DNA of 64,000 nucleotides from Methanomassiliicoccales archaeon (GTDB taxonomy: Archaea; Thermoplasmatota; Thermoplasmata; Methanomassiliicoccales; UBA472), in contig JAPKYJ010000003.1 of the NCBI GenBank assembly GCA_026394375.1, positions 33,846 to 97,845 of the forward strand. The letters are read 5' to 3'. The translations under genes were made by a program, and so were the position numbers. The notes below the pieces were generated by a model that made no database searches, was not told the origin of the DNA, and saw only the letters and a list, made by a program, of their open reading frames with translations. Shown here one piece after another: positions 28,988 to 38,223 of the stretch. The first letter of the stretch is position 1; each line of letters begins with the position of its first letter.

Positions 28988-30253
28988 ATGTCCCTGCGAG
29001 GCATCCTGTCCGGCACCAAAAATGCTTTCGTGGTCGAGGAGCCAGTAGCCCTCGAGTACGATGTCACCCGGATTCTCCTAGAACATCCATCCACTCCGGT
29101 CAGATTCAGACACCTGAACGGCTACGAGGCCGTGGGCAATCTTTTCGCCGATAGGTCCCGCATCGCTGAGGCGTTGGGCATCGAGAGGGAGGAGATAATG
29201 GCGAAGATGCTGGCGGCCAGCACTCGTCCCCGCCCTCCGACCGAGATCAAGAACCCGGGATGGATGGACACCATGAGCGAGGATTTCGATTTGACCACAT
29301 TGCCCATACCCAAGTTCTATCCTCGCGATGGCGGCCGCTATGTAACCGCCGGGGTGGGCGTTTCTGAGTTCGAGGGCAAACGCAACGTCTCATTCCACAG
29401 GCTGATGCTCCTGGACAAGAAGCGTTTCGCCATCCGCCTTGTCCCGAGGCACTTGTACACCATGTTCCGTTCCAGTCTGGCCAAGGGTAAGGAGCTGCCG
29501 GTGGCGTTCTGCATCGGAGTTTGCCCATCCGTGCTTCTGGCCGCGGCCACCTCCACCGACTACGTCCAGGATGAGCTGGAGATAGCCTCTGCGCTGCGCT
29601 ACGAATGCACCGGCAAACCATTGGAGGCCGCCAGGACCAAAGGCGGGATCCTGGTGCCAGCACATGCCGAGTTCGTTCTCGAGGGCAGGATCACCAAGGA
29701 GACGGTGGACGAGGGGCCGTTCGTCGACATCACCGGGACGTACGATGACGTGAGGAAGCAGCCGGTGGTGGAGATCGACCGCTTGTACATGCGCCGTGAT
29801 CCAGTGTTTCACATCATCCTGCCCGGTGGTCTGGAGCACTACCTGCTCATGGGACTTCCCCGGGAACCGATGATCTATCGCTCGGTCGGACAGGTCGTTC
29901 CTCGAGTGCACGGCGTGCGTTTGACCGAAGGCGGATGCTGTTGGCTCCACGGAGTGGTCTCCGTCACCAAGAACAAGGAAGGGGATGGAGTGAACGCCAT
30001 CATGGCCGCTTTCTCCGGGCATCCATCCATGAAGAAGGTCACCATCGTGGACGAGGACGTGGACATCTACGACGATCGGCAGGTGGAGTGGGCCGTGGCC
30101 ACGAGGTTCCAGGCCAGTCGCGGATTGGTAGTGGTGAACAATGCCGCTGGCTCTTCCCTCGATCCCAGCACCGAAGGGATCACTTCCAAGGTCGGCATTG
30201 ATGCCACCAAACCGCTCGGGGAGAAGGGTTTCGATATCGCCAAGCTTCCCTGA
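28988..30253 (+). CDS. UbiD-family (prenyl-FMN-dependent) decarboxylase
   Basis: 421 aa. PIPKFYPRDGGRYVTAGV...NVSFHRLML...IRLVPRHLY is typical of UbiD. Confidence 0.85.
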   Translation: MSLRGILSGTKNAFVVEEPVALEYDVTRILLEHPSTPVRFRHLNGYEAVGNLFADRSRIAEALGIEREEIMAKMLAASTRPRPPTEIKNPGWMDTMSEDFDLTTLPIPKFYPRDGGRYVTAGVGVSEFEGKRNVSFHRLMLLDKKRFAIRLVPRHLYTMFRSSLAKGKELPVAFCIGVCPSVLLAAATSTDYVQDELEIASALRYECTGKPLEAARTKGGILVPAHAEFVLEGRITKETVDEGPFVDITGTYDDVRKQPVVEIDRLYMRRDPVFHIILPGGLEHYLLMGLPREPMIYRSVGQVVPRVHGVRLTEGGCCWLHGVVSVTKNKEGDGVNAIMAAFSGHPSMKKVTIVDEDVDIYDDRQVEWAVATRFQASRGLVVVNNAAGSSLDPSTEGITSKVGIDATKPLGEKGFDIAKLP

Positions 30254-30296
30254 TCGTCAGCAACAAATGAACAAGATCAGACGAGGGAGATGATGT

Positions 30297-31661
30297 TCAG
30301 TAACCGTCCAGTCTGGAGATCGGGTGGTGGCGCAGGTCGATGGTCTCGTTCCGCTCCTTGCCGATGCCTATGATGCTGATCGGTATCCCTGCGTGTCTGG
30401 AGACGAAGCCAAGGTAGTCCTTCATGCATCGTGGCAGGGCTTCGTATCCTTTCTTCGCCACCTCGGCCGATCTTCCCTCGCCCCAGTCCTCCCAGCCGTC
30501 CAGTTCCTCGTACACCGGCTTCGCCCGGGCGAGCTTGGAGAGGCTGGCGGGGAAGTTCTCCACTCCCTTTCCATCGATATCGTAGGCGGTGGCCACCTTG
30601 ATCGTCTTCATGCCATTGAGCACGTCCAACTTCGTCAAGGCCAGGGAATTGATGCCGTTGAGCCTGACCGCATATCGCACCACGACCATGTCCAGCCACC
30701 CGCAGCGTCTCGCCCTTCCGGTGGTCGCTCCGAATTCGCCGCCCTTGGTCAATAGGAGCTTGCCGGTGTCTTCCAAAAGCTCGGTAGGGAACGGTCCCGC
30801 TCCTACCCTAGTGGTGTACGCTTTAGCCACGCCAATGATTTCCTGGACATGGGCGGGTCCTACGCCCACTCCTGTACATATTCCCCCGGTCACGCAGCTG
30901 GACGATGTTACGTAGGGATAGGTGCCGTGGTCTATGTCCAGCATCGTTCCCTGGGCGCCTTCGAAAAGCACTCGCTTGCCTTTCTCGATGGCATCGTTCA
31001 CCAGCACGGAGGTGTCGCAGATGTTCGGTCCGAACATCTCTCCGTAGTGGAGCAGTTGATCGAGCAATTCCTGCTTGCTTGGGAATCCCTCCCCTCCGAA
31101 GGCGCGGAACACCCTCTCCTTGGTCGGATAGATGATATCCAGTTTCTCCTTCAGCGATTCCTTCTCCACCAGGTCGCACATGCGGATGCCGCTTCGGGCG
31201 ACCTTGTCCGCGTAGCAAGGCCCGATCCCTCGTCCAGTAGTGCCAACCCCTTTTGCTCCGCGGTGCTTTTCCTCTAGTCCATCCATCATCCGATGGTATC
31301 TCATGACCACGTTCGCCCGGTCGGAGATGCGCAGGCCATCGATGCTCCTTCCGCTCTGCTTGACTATGGCGATCTCCTCCTCCAGTGCCTCCAGGTCGAC
31401 CACCAGGCCGTTGCCGATGACATTGATGACGCCTTTTCGTAGAATGCCTGAGGGGAGCAGGTGCAGCGCGAAGACCTCTTTCCCGATCTCGATGGTATGG
31501 CCGGCATTTGCCCCGCCCTGGAAACGCACCACCATGTCGGCGCCTTCGGCCAAAAAGTCAGTGATTTTGCCCTTGCCCTCGTCACCCCACTGGGTGCCCA
31601 CTACCGCAAGAGAGGTCAGTCGCTCACCAGCTTGCCATCGGTCATGCCGTAAATAAAGCAT
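30297..31661 (-). CDS. purA: Adenylosuccinate synthetase
   Basis: VVGTQWGDEGKGKITD and GGANAGHTI motifs. The start is uncertain (31661 or 31688). Confidence 0.92.
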   Translation of the reverse strand: MLYLRHDRWQAGERLTSLAVVGTQWGDEGKGKITDFLAEGADMVVRFQGGANAGHTIEIGKEVFALHLLPSGILRKGVINVIGNGLVVDLEALEEEIAIVKQSGRSIDGLRISDRANVVMRYHRMMDGLEEKHRGAKGVGTTGRGIGPCYADKVARSGIRMCDLVEKESLKEKLDIIYPTKERVFRAFGGEGFPSKQELLDQLLHYGEMFGPNICDTSVLVNDAIEKGKRVLFEGAQGTMLDIDHGTYPYVTSSSCVTGGICTGVGVGPAHVQEIIGVAKAYTTRVGAGPFPTELLEDTGKLLLTKGGEFGATTGRARRCGWLDMVVVRYAVRLNGINSLALTKLDVLNGMKTIKVATAYDIDGKGVENFPASLSKLARAKPVYEELDGWEDWGEGRSAEVAKKGYEALPRCMKDYLGFVSRHAGIPISIIGIGKERNETIDLRHHPISRLDGY

Positions 31662-31674
31662 TTGGTGCGTCAGG

Positions 31675-32778
31675 TCACGCCATGTCACGATACGTCTGGA
31701 GGACCTCTTCGAAGGGCACGTCGGTCTTGAATCCTGAAGGCGAGAAATGCGTCTTCGATGCCCGTCCCCGGACAGAAAGCTCCGTCACAACCCGGTCCAG
31801 CACTGGTGGTGATATCTTGAGCAGGGAGGAAAGCTCGTTGTTCTCGTAGAAGTAAGGTACATCGAGCTCTTGTTTCCAGAGCCCAAGGTACTTGGCGCAG
31901 CGGACTGGGTGCTGCAGGTCCTCTCCCACCTCCATTCTATCGAGCAGATCGTGATCGAAGAGACTTCCGATCCAAAGAGGTCCAATCTTACCTTTCTTCG
32001 CATCGGTCGATAGCGAGCGTTCCCTGCTCTTCTCGTCCAAATCCATGAAACCAAGATGCCCCAATGCCTCGTCCGCGGCCGCGGCGTTCTCCTTGACGCG
32101 CAGGTAGCAGCGGAAATAGTGATCGGCGTAGAAGCAGAGCTGCGGCCTCACGCCCTTGTCCAGCTGCGCTGCCTCGCGAGCAAGGTAGCCGATGAGAATG
32201 CGCAGGCCAGTCTCGTGTCCGAACGGCGAACGCGACGGCCGGGCCATGTAGCGGCGCACGCATTTCTTGGCGTGGGTTCCGGCCAAGGGCGCGGTGTCGG
32301 TGGCAGTGATGGCCACCGTTCCGTTCCGCTTCAGGCCCTGGAATGTGGCTTGCACGAAAGGGACCGGGCTTCCGAACGGGTCCAGGTCGATATAGTCGAA
32401 GACCTCCGTGGCCAAGAGACATCGCAGGTCTAGGTTCGAGGCTCGGCCGTTCTCGAGGTGATTGAGCTCGATGTTGGCCCGAATGTAGCCTGCGGCCCGC
32501 GGATCCTTGTCGTTGATGACGACCTCCGATCCCGGCGTGGCCTCGTTTGCAATCCGTATCCCTCTGGCACCGGTGCCGGCCATGGCATCGAGCACTCTCT
32601 TACCCTGGAATCCGGATGCCCTCGTGAACATCACCGAGACATCCCGGTTGAAGGCCATTTGCTCGTTGAAGAACACCTGACCCATGCGCTTGCCTGGGCC
32701 TTTCTCCGAATGCACCTGAGGGATGAGAAGACTGGTCGCTCCCTCACGGATTTGGACTGAATCGGGCAGAATGCTCAC
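31675..32778 (-). CDS. trm1: tRNA (guanine26-N2)-dimethyltransferase
   Basis: 367 aa. FFNEQMAFNRDVSV...VLDAMAGTGARGIRIANE is typical of Trm1. Confidence 0.9.
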   Translation of the reverse strand: MSILPDSVQIREGATSLLIPQVHSEKGPGKRMGQVFFNEQMAFNRDVSVMFTRASGFQGKRVLDAMAGTGARGIRIANEATPGSEVVINDKDPRAAGYIRANIELNHLENGRASNLDLRCLLATEVFDYIDLDPFGSPVPFVQATFQGLKRNGTVAITATDTAPLAGTHAKKCVRRYMARPSRSPFGHETGLRILIGYLAREAAQLDKGVRPQLCFYADHYFRCYLRVKENAAAADEALGHLGFMDLDEKSRERSLSTDAKKGKIGPLWIGSLFDHDLLDRMEVGEDLQHPVRCAKYLGLWKQELDVPYFYENNELSSLLKISPPVLDRVVTELSVRGRASKTHFSPSGFKTDVPFEEVLQTYRDMA

Positions 32779-33317
32779 AGGAGCTCGCCCTTCATGAGCT
32801 TCATGATCTTGTAAGGCAGAAGGTTCCGGTTGATAGGCGTCACTTCGAGGATCCGCACATCATCTCGCCGTCGTATGTCCTGGAGCAGCGGATTGCGGGA
32901 CTTCTTGTGCAAGGTGAGCAGCATGGGTTTCTCCACGTCCAGAGCGAACTTGACCGCCCCTACGAACTTCTCGCTTTCCACCTCCATCTTCCCCACCTCG
33001 TCGATGACGATGACGTTCGCCTCTTCACAAGCGCGCATCAAGGCCGCTACCCCTACGCTCTCCAGAATCGTCAGGTCCACGCCGAACTTGCCAACCATGA
33101 ACTTGCTCTGGATCTCCGTGTGCGCTAGAACGGACTTCTGCTTCGTGCGCCAGTCCATGACCGAGAATCCTATCCGGCGATTGTCCTCGATGATCGGTTC
33201 GGTGATCATGCCCCCGACGATGATCTCTTCCGCCTCGAGCATTTCGATGACCTTGATAAGAGCGTGCGTCTTGCCCGCTCCGGGCAAGCCCGTGATGCCG
33301 ATCTTGATATTGTTCAT
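32775..33317 (-). CDS. Nucleoside-triphosphatase, THEP1/MJ1559 type
   Basis: MNNIKIGITGLPGAGKTH (Walker A), GGMITEPIIEDNRRIGF, VIVIDEVGKME (Walker B). The ORF extends to 33365. Confidence 0.8.
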   Translation of the reverse strand: MNNIKIGITGLPGAGKTHALIKVIEMLEAEEIIVGGMITEPIIEDNRRIGFSVMDWRTKQKSVLAHTEIQSKFMVGKFGVDLTILESVGVAALMRACEEANVIVIDEVGKMEVESEKFVGAVKFALDVEKPMLLTLHKKSRNPLLQDIRRRDDVRILEVTPINRNLLPYKIMKLMKGELL

Positions 33318-33550
33318 CCTATCCACCGAGGGGTAGGACAATCCATCCAAAGGCCCCTCCAACAATCAGATGGGCTTCCGATATGGCAGTTCTTGTTTAA
33401 CTACCTTTTTCTTGGTGACGTCACCTGGCTTGGTCGGAGGTGGGGCGCGTTTCAACGATCATTGAATCCTATATCAAATTTCGACTGTAGCTGGACCGCC
33501 GCGAAAGCTAATATCAACTGACCGGATTCGGATGCCTAGGGTAGGAAGGC

Positions 33551-33955
33551 ATGACCTTGACCTCCGCCACTGAGCTTACAAGGAACGCATGGCCCCGACT
33601 GCGCCGAGATATGCTCATCGCAGCTTCGGTGATGACGATCAGTGGGCTGGTGATCGTCTTGTTCGGTCCTCAACTGCTTGAACAAGCGTTCCGCGGCATG
33701 CTTGGAAATGATGCTGATGATGCAGCGCTCGCCATCTCCTACTTCGCAGGCTTTGGACTGCTGGTCATCGCGTCCTTTCTTCTGCTGAGCCGGCCTTGGA
33801 TTTTCCTCAGGGACTTGGAAGCGAGGATGGGGACCACCCATCTACGTCTGGCCGTGGGAGGAAACAGGGTCGAGGATCTTGCGATCTGTCCTAGATGTGG
33901 CGCTGCTCTTATTGATGGTCTCTGTGCGCATTGTGACAAGAGCGCGCTCAAATGA
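33551..33955 (+). CDS. Membrane protein with C-terminal zinc ribbon
   Basis: 134 aa with two TM helices followed by CPRCGAALIDGLCAHC. Confidence 0.55.
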   Translation: MTLTSATELTRNAWPRLRRDMLIAASVMTISGLVIVLFGPQLLEQAFRGMLGNDADDAALAISYFAGFGLLVIASFLLLSRPWIFLRDLEARMGTTHLRLAVGGNRVEDLAICPRCGAALIDGLCAHCDKSALK

Positions 33956-34364
33956 CATCCATCACTTCGCGAACGAACATCAGGGGGTAGTTGAGTTCCT
34001 CGATGTACCGCATCTCAGCCTTGACCCGGACATTCTCGATCTTGATGACAAGGGAGACCTCCATCATATTGCCCGTTAGGGTCTGGTAGTCGTAGGCATC
34101 CTTCTTGCCTCTCAGCGCTGACCGGTCGATGTGCACCCTCACCCCTTCAACGAAAGGCTGCACTCCCACGCCATCCTGGATCGCTTTCTCCAGGATGTCG
34201 ACGTTGGCCGCGCAGATAGGCGTGCCCACGAACTGGTGATGGATCGTTCCAAGCTTGATACCCGCCTCGAAAACCGCCCTCTCCCTCAGTGAGCAGTTGA
34301 AATAGCGGGACGCCAGCTCCTCTCTCTTGCTCGTCATTCGACGCTCATCTCCTACCAAAGACAC
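33948..34364 (-). CDS. Probable archaeal dihydroneopterin aldolase (MptD-like)
   Basis: 138 aa. RERAVFEAGIKLGTIHHQFVGTPI resembles my recollection of the MptD/PF04038 signature. Not verified by search. Confidence 0.5.
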   Translation of the reverse strand: MSLVGDERRMTSKREELASRYFNCSLRERAVFEAGIKLGTIHHQFVGTPICAANVDILEKAIQDGVGVQPFVEGVRVHIDRSALRGKKDAYDYQTLTGNMMEVSLVIKIENVRVKAEMRYIEELNYPLMFVREVMDVI

Positions 34365-34370
34365 TGGCGC

Positions 34371-35057
34371 TCATCGGAGCACCATCTTCGCGTCTACCAC
34401 CACGTAGCCATCCTGGTGGAGGATCACTGGGTTCAGGTCCAGCTGGTCCAGGTGACCCTTGAGCTCATCACCCATCTCCGAGACCCTGATCAGCAGGTCC
34501 ACCGTAGAGCCGAGGTCCGCCTTCAACCCCCGAAAGCCCTCGAAGACGTGCCGGGCCTTGGTCTCCTGGATCATTTCCTCGGCATCCTTGCTCTCTATCG
34601 GTACCGAGCGAAAAGACACATCCTGGATCAGGTTGGCCATGACCCCCCCGCTGCCGAACATGATGCATTGTCCGAAGTTTGGGTCATTGGTCAACCCGAC
34701 GATGACCTCGAACCCCTTCTTCTCCATCGGTTCGATGAGCACTTCGGCCCCAGGAAAACGTTTGGTGATGTCATCGTAACGAGAGATCATCTCCCCTCGG
34801 TCGCGCACGTCCAGGAAGACCCCGCCCTGGTCGCTCTTGTGCAGAACGCCTGGCGAGCATACCTTTACCGCAACAGGGAAATCGATCTCTAGGGTATCCA
34901 AATCAGAGCGTTTTGGGGTGGTGAAAGCGGTCGTTTTGATGCCCTTCTCCCTTAGAAGCGTCTTGACCTCCGCCTCTGACAGACTGGTCCGACCCGCGGA
35001 TCGCAGGGAATCGATGTCCAAAGTACTCCACCGCTCACCATACTCCCGCGGTCCCAC
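34371..35057 (-). CDS. ADP-forming acetyl/acyl-CoA synthetase beta (ATP-grasp) subunit
   Basis: 228 aa. LSEAEVKTLLREKGI...PVAVKVCSPGVLHKSDQGGV...LDLNPV is typical of AcdB. Confidence 0.8.
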   Translation of the reverse strand: MGPREYGERWSTLDIDSLRSAGRTSLSEAEVKTLLREKGIKTTAFTTPKRSDLDTLEIDFPVAVKVCSPGVLHKSDQGGVFLDVRDRGEMISRYDDITKRFPGAEVLIEPMEKKGFEVIVGLTNDPNFGQCIMFGSGGVMANLIQDVSFRSVPIESKDAEEMIQETKARHVFEGFRGLKADLGSTVDLLIRVSEMGDELKGHLDQLDLNPVILHQDGYVVVDAKMVLR

Positions 35058-35084
35058 TTAGAACTTGCTGCCTCGGTGAGACGC

Positions 35085-35693
35085 TCAGTCTTGGTACAGC
35101 AACCTGTGACCTTGGAGGAGGCCTTCTCTGAAGGCTTTCTCGTTCAGTCCTTCGCTACCCATAGGACTGACGTCCACGATGGCCTTGGAGACGCCATCCT
35201 TGTCCACCGCACTGGAGATCGCCACCAAAGCCCCAAGCATTATCATATTGGCCGCGGAGCGTTTGCCCATTTCTTCAGCCAGGCGCATTGCGGGGAGCTC
35301 GTAGCAGGTAAGCTCCGGTCGATCCGCGATCGCATCCTCATCCATAATGACCACCGTCCCTGGATATGTCGATCCGATGTACTTCTCGTAGGCGGGTTTG
35401 GACATCAGGACCAAGAAATCAGGCCTCTCTAGGAACGGATAGAAGGACTCCTGGTCGCAGATGACCACGTCGCATTTGGAGGACTCGCCCCTGGCCGCGG
35501 GACCGTAGGATTGGGTCTGGATGGCGTTTAGAGGCTTGCCTTCCCAATGGCTGTAGAGAGCGGCAGCTCGGGCTAGGGCGATGCCCGCGAAGATGATGCC
35601 CTGCCCCCCCATGCCAGCTATGCGTACGGAGACCTTCAGCCTCTCACCATCTCGTCCAATCCGATGACCTTTAGCGATATTAATGCCTATCAC
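35085..35693 (-). CDS. 2-oxoacid:ferredoxin oxidoreductase gamma subunit
   Basis: VRIAGMGGQGIIFAGIALARAA...QSYGPAARGESSKCDVVI. The start is probably internal, near VSVRIAG. Confidence 0.85.
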   Translation of the reverse strand: MIGINIAKGHRIGRDGERLKVSVRIAGMGGQGIIFAGIALARAAALYSHWEGKPLNAIQTQSYGPAARGESSKCDVVICDQESFYPFLERPDFLVLMSKPAYEKYIGSTYPGTVVIMDEDAIADRPELTCYELPAMRLAEEMGKRSAANMIMLGALVAISSAVDKDGVSKAIVDVSPMGSEGLNEKAFREGLLQGHRLLYQD

Positions 35694-35786
35694 GCTTCGG
35701 ATTTGAGATAAGCCGCATCTGGCATCCGGGACAGCTAGAGAAGGATAGCATAAGTAATATGGCCCTTTCGGTCCATCTGGACTCCG

Positions 35787-36545
35787 ATGATGGACACGAA
35801 GACAATCTCAGCACTCTTCATCGACGACGATTCAGCCCTACTGGATATCGCCAAGGCCTATCTGGAGAACGATGGCGACGTCAAGGTGACAACCCTTGTT
35901 TCACCCTTGGAAGCGCTCGTGGCCCTGGAGACGAAGAGATTCGATGCCATCATCTGCGACTATCAAATGCCCAACGTAGACGGCGTTCAGTTCCTCAAGA
36001 CCCTGAGGATGCAGGGCAGGGACACACCATTCATCCTTTTCACGGGGAAGGGGAGCGAGGATGTGGCCATCGACGCCTTGAACAACGGAGCGACCTTTTA
36101 TCTCCAGAAAGGAGGCAAGCCAGGCCTGAAATTCCAGGAGCTGTTGGAGATGGTGCGTCGTTCCGTCTCCAGGCGGGAATCGCTCCCTCGTCCTGGCGAT
36201 TCGGAAGGGATCTATGAGCGCCTGTTCCAGGAGAACACGGAGGCCATGATCCTGGTGAACCTTGAGACCGGTGGGCTGGAGGGTGCGAACGCGGCCGCTT
36301 GCAAGTTGTTCGGCTACGATCGCGATTCCCTGCTGGCGATGTCGATGCAAGACCTGGGCCGTCCGCCCCATGGGAAGAGCCTCGTGGAAGCGAGACACCG
36401 GAGGTCAGGACAGAGCACGAAGACGTCGATGCAGATCAGGCGAGCCGATGGAACATTCCTCGACGTGCAGGTGTTCTCCGGGACTCTGGAGGTTCATGGA
36501 GAGCGGATGGGCTATTCGATCATCCACCAAGCGACGAAGAGCTGA
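35787..36545 (+). CDS. Response regulator receiver + PAS domain, no output domain
   Basis: 252 aa. REC (LFIDDD...FDAIICDYQMPNVDG...ILFTGKG) followed by PAS (YERLFQENTEAMILVN...). Confidence 0.85.
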   Translation: MMDTKTISALFIDDDSALLDIAKAYLENDGDVKVTTLVSPLEALVALETKRFDAIICDYQMPNVDGVQFLKTLRMQGRDTPFILFTGKGSEDVAIDALNNGATFYLQKGGKPGLKFQELLEMVRRSVSRRESLPRPGDSEGIYERLFQENTEAMILVNLETGGLEGANAAACKLFGYDRDSLLAMSMQDLGRPPHGKSLVEARHRRSGQSTKTSMQIRRADGTFLDVQVFSGTLEVHGERMGYSIIHQATKS

Positions 36546-36569
36546 GGCCGAGGGCCAGCGGCCGTCCGT

Positions 36570-37262
36570 TCAGAGCTTCCCGCCGCATTCCCCGCAGAAC
36601 CTCGTGCCCGGCGGGTTCTTGGCCCCGCAGTCCTTGCAATCCATCATGCCTAAGGGCGTGCCGCAGTTGTTGCAGAACCGGCTGCCGCCGGCCGGCTTCC
36701 CGCACTTGGGACAGAGGGTCTGTTTCTGCTCTATCTCGCCCGTGAAGACCTGCGTCTGCTGCGCCTTTTCCTGGATGTCCTGCTTCATCTTGTCCGCTCG
36801 GGCAGCGGCGACCTCCACCGCCTCCCGGGGCGCATCCTCTATGCACAGTCCCGCTTCCTCGTTCCAGTCGTTGTCGCACAGGAATTTGTGGCAACGGGGA
36901 CATCGTTTGAAATGTCCTTTGGCCTCGTTGGTGGCGATCTCGAACGCTTTCTCATGCTCCCTATGCCATTCCGGGGGTTGCCCTTCGAACTTTTCGCCTA
37001 GGACATCGCCCCCCGTCTGGGCCGCATAGCCTATGTCATGCCCACCGTGGACGTAACCTCCAGCGATGTTGCCCGCAGCTCCAGCCACCCGGCCTATGCC
37101 ACGGAAGAGCCCTCTCTTCTTGTAGGTCGAGGATTCTATGAAACGACTCTTGTACCCCTCGCGGCAGATATCACAGAAGAAGGTGAACTGGAAACCCGCG
37201 TCCGTGCTGTTGTCCTCCATGTTCGATGTGAAAGGGATGAACCTGCCTCCGACGTCGCTCAT
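36570..37262 (-). CDS. Zinc-ribbon-rich protein (230 aa), unknown function
   Basis: Start at MSDVGGRF, 2 nt after the upstream stop. FFCDIC, KRCPRCHKFLC, and a C-terminal double zinc ribbon CPKCGKPAGGSRFCNNCG / CKDCGAKNPPGTRFCGECG. Confidence 0.65.
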   Translation of the reverse strand: MSDVGGRFIPFTSNMEDNSTDAGFQFTFFCDICREGYKSRFIESSTYKKRGLFRGIGRVAGAAGNIAGGYVHGGHDIGYAAQTGGDVLGEKFEGQPPEWHREHEKAFEIATNEAKGHFKRCPRCHKFLCDNDWNEEAGLCIEDAPREAVEVAAARADKMKQDIQEKAQQTQVFTGEIEQKQTLCPKCGKPAGGSRFCNNCGTPLGMMDCKDCGAKNPPGTRFCGECGGKL

Positions 37263-37264
37263 AG

Positions 37265-37642
37265 CTACTTGCCTCCTTTTCCTCCCATGAATGGTCGCTT
37301 GCAACTGCTGCATTTCTTCTTGTCCCAGCCCGGTGGCTGGACCGCTCCGCACCATGGGCACACGATGGGAGTGGGCGCGTGACAATACTGGCAGTGAGGT
37401 CCAAAGAATGTGACCCGGGTGCATGAGGGACAAGTGATCATCAGGGCCAGCCCGCAATTGCTGCACACCTTCTGGTTGAGCTCGATCGGCGCCCGGCATT
37501 TCGGACAGCGCAATGGCCCGATCGGGCTCACCCCGGCGCAGAACGGACAGACGTTCGCGTCAGGCGGGACCAGTTCTCCGCAATAGCGGCATGGCATCGA
37601 ATACCCTGGCATCTGATCGTTCCTCCTCTCGCCGCGCGTCAC
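37265..37642 (-). CDS. Tandem zinc-ribbon protein (four CxxC-x(n)-CxxC units in 125 aa)
   Basis: CRYCG..CPFC, CPKCR..CSNCG, CPSCT..CQYCH, CPWCG..CSSCK. The start may be 37612. Confidence 0.65.
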   Translation of the reverse strand: MTRGERRNDQMPGYSMPCRYCGELVPPDANVCPFCAGVSPIGPLRCPKCRAPIELNQKVCSNCGLALMITCPSCTRVTFFGPHCQYCHAPTPIVCPWCGAVQPPGWDKKKCSSCKRPFMGGKGGK

Positions 37643-37719
37643 CGACGCGCATCTCCCACTGCTGGACGGATTGCCTTGCGGCCGATAAAATAGTTTCCGT
37701 TGCTGGAAGCTCTGGAGGC

Positions 37720-38199
37720 TCAGCGCATCTGTGATAGGTCGGTCACGGTCGGCCGCCTGGGATTGAGCAGCTCGAACCCAGTCGCAGGGTCTTTCTCCCT
37801 TTTTGCCTGTGCCCCGATGATCTCATAGATCACCACCTCCAGCGTTTTCCAGGTCCTGACCCCGCGGCGGACGCAGCCAGTGGTCGTGCCGTCCCGTCTT
37901 CCGCAGGCGACGTGCATGTGCAGGATCGGCCTGCCGTCCTCGTCGGGGAACAAGGTGCCCACGCCCGCCAGCTCATGGACCCCTTCCAGGGTGCGTTCCA
38001 AAGGCACCACCGGAGAGGCATCGGCGTCCCTGGGCCCCACCACCAGCTTGCTGCCTTCATCCGCCGCTCCCACCGCCCAGACCACGCCCGCCGCTATCCG
38101 ATGGTCCGCCGCGAACTGCTCCAGTGTCTCATGGAGCACCTCCTTGTCTTCCAAGCGAAGGACGAATACCCGGCCCTGTCTGCCCTGTGTGTACTTCAT
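37720..38199 (-). CDS. PPC / DUF296 domain protein
   Basis: 159 aa. GRVFVLRLEDKEVLHETLEQFAADHRI...HELAGVGTLF...ILHMHVACG...LEVVIYEI matches the PPC (DUF296) pattern. Confidence 0.75.
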   Translation of the reverse strand: MKYTQGRQGRVFVLRLEDKEVLHETLEQFAADHRIAAGVVWAVGAADEGSKLVVGPRDADASPVVPLERTLEGVHELAGVGTLFPDEDGRPILHMHVACGRRDGTTTGCVRRGVRTWKTLEVVIYEIIGAQAKREKDPATGFELLNPRRPTVTDLSQMR

Positions 38200-38223
38200 T
38201 GTCTCATCCCGGCCCCTCGACTC

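Noticed and set aside
36262-37029. The + strand ORFs 36262-37029 and 36299-36745, and the N-terminal 79 codons of the minus-strand ORF 36570-37499.
   Set aside because: The + ORFs are antisense to the zinc-ribbon gene and P/R/S-rich. The minus N-terminal extension overlaps the upstream zinc-ribbon gene in another frame, and the internal Met at 37262 sits 2 nt after that gene's stop.
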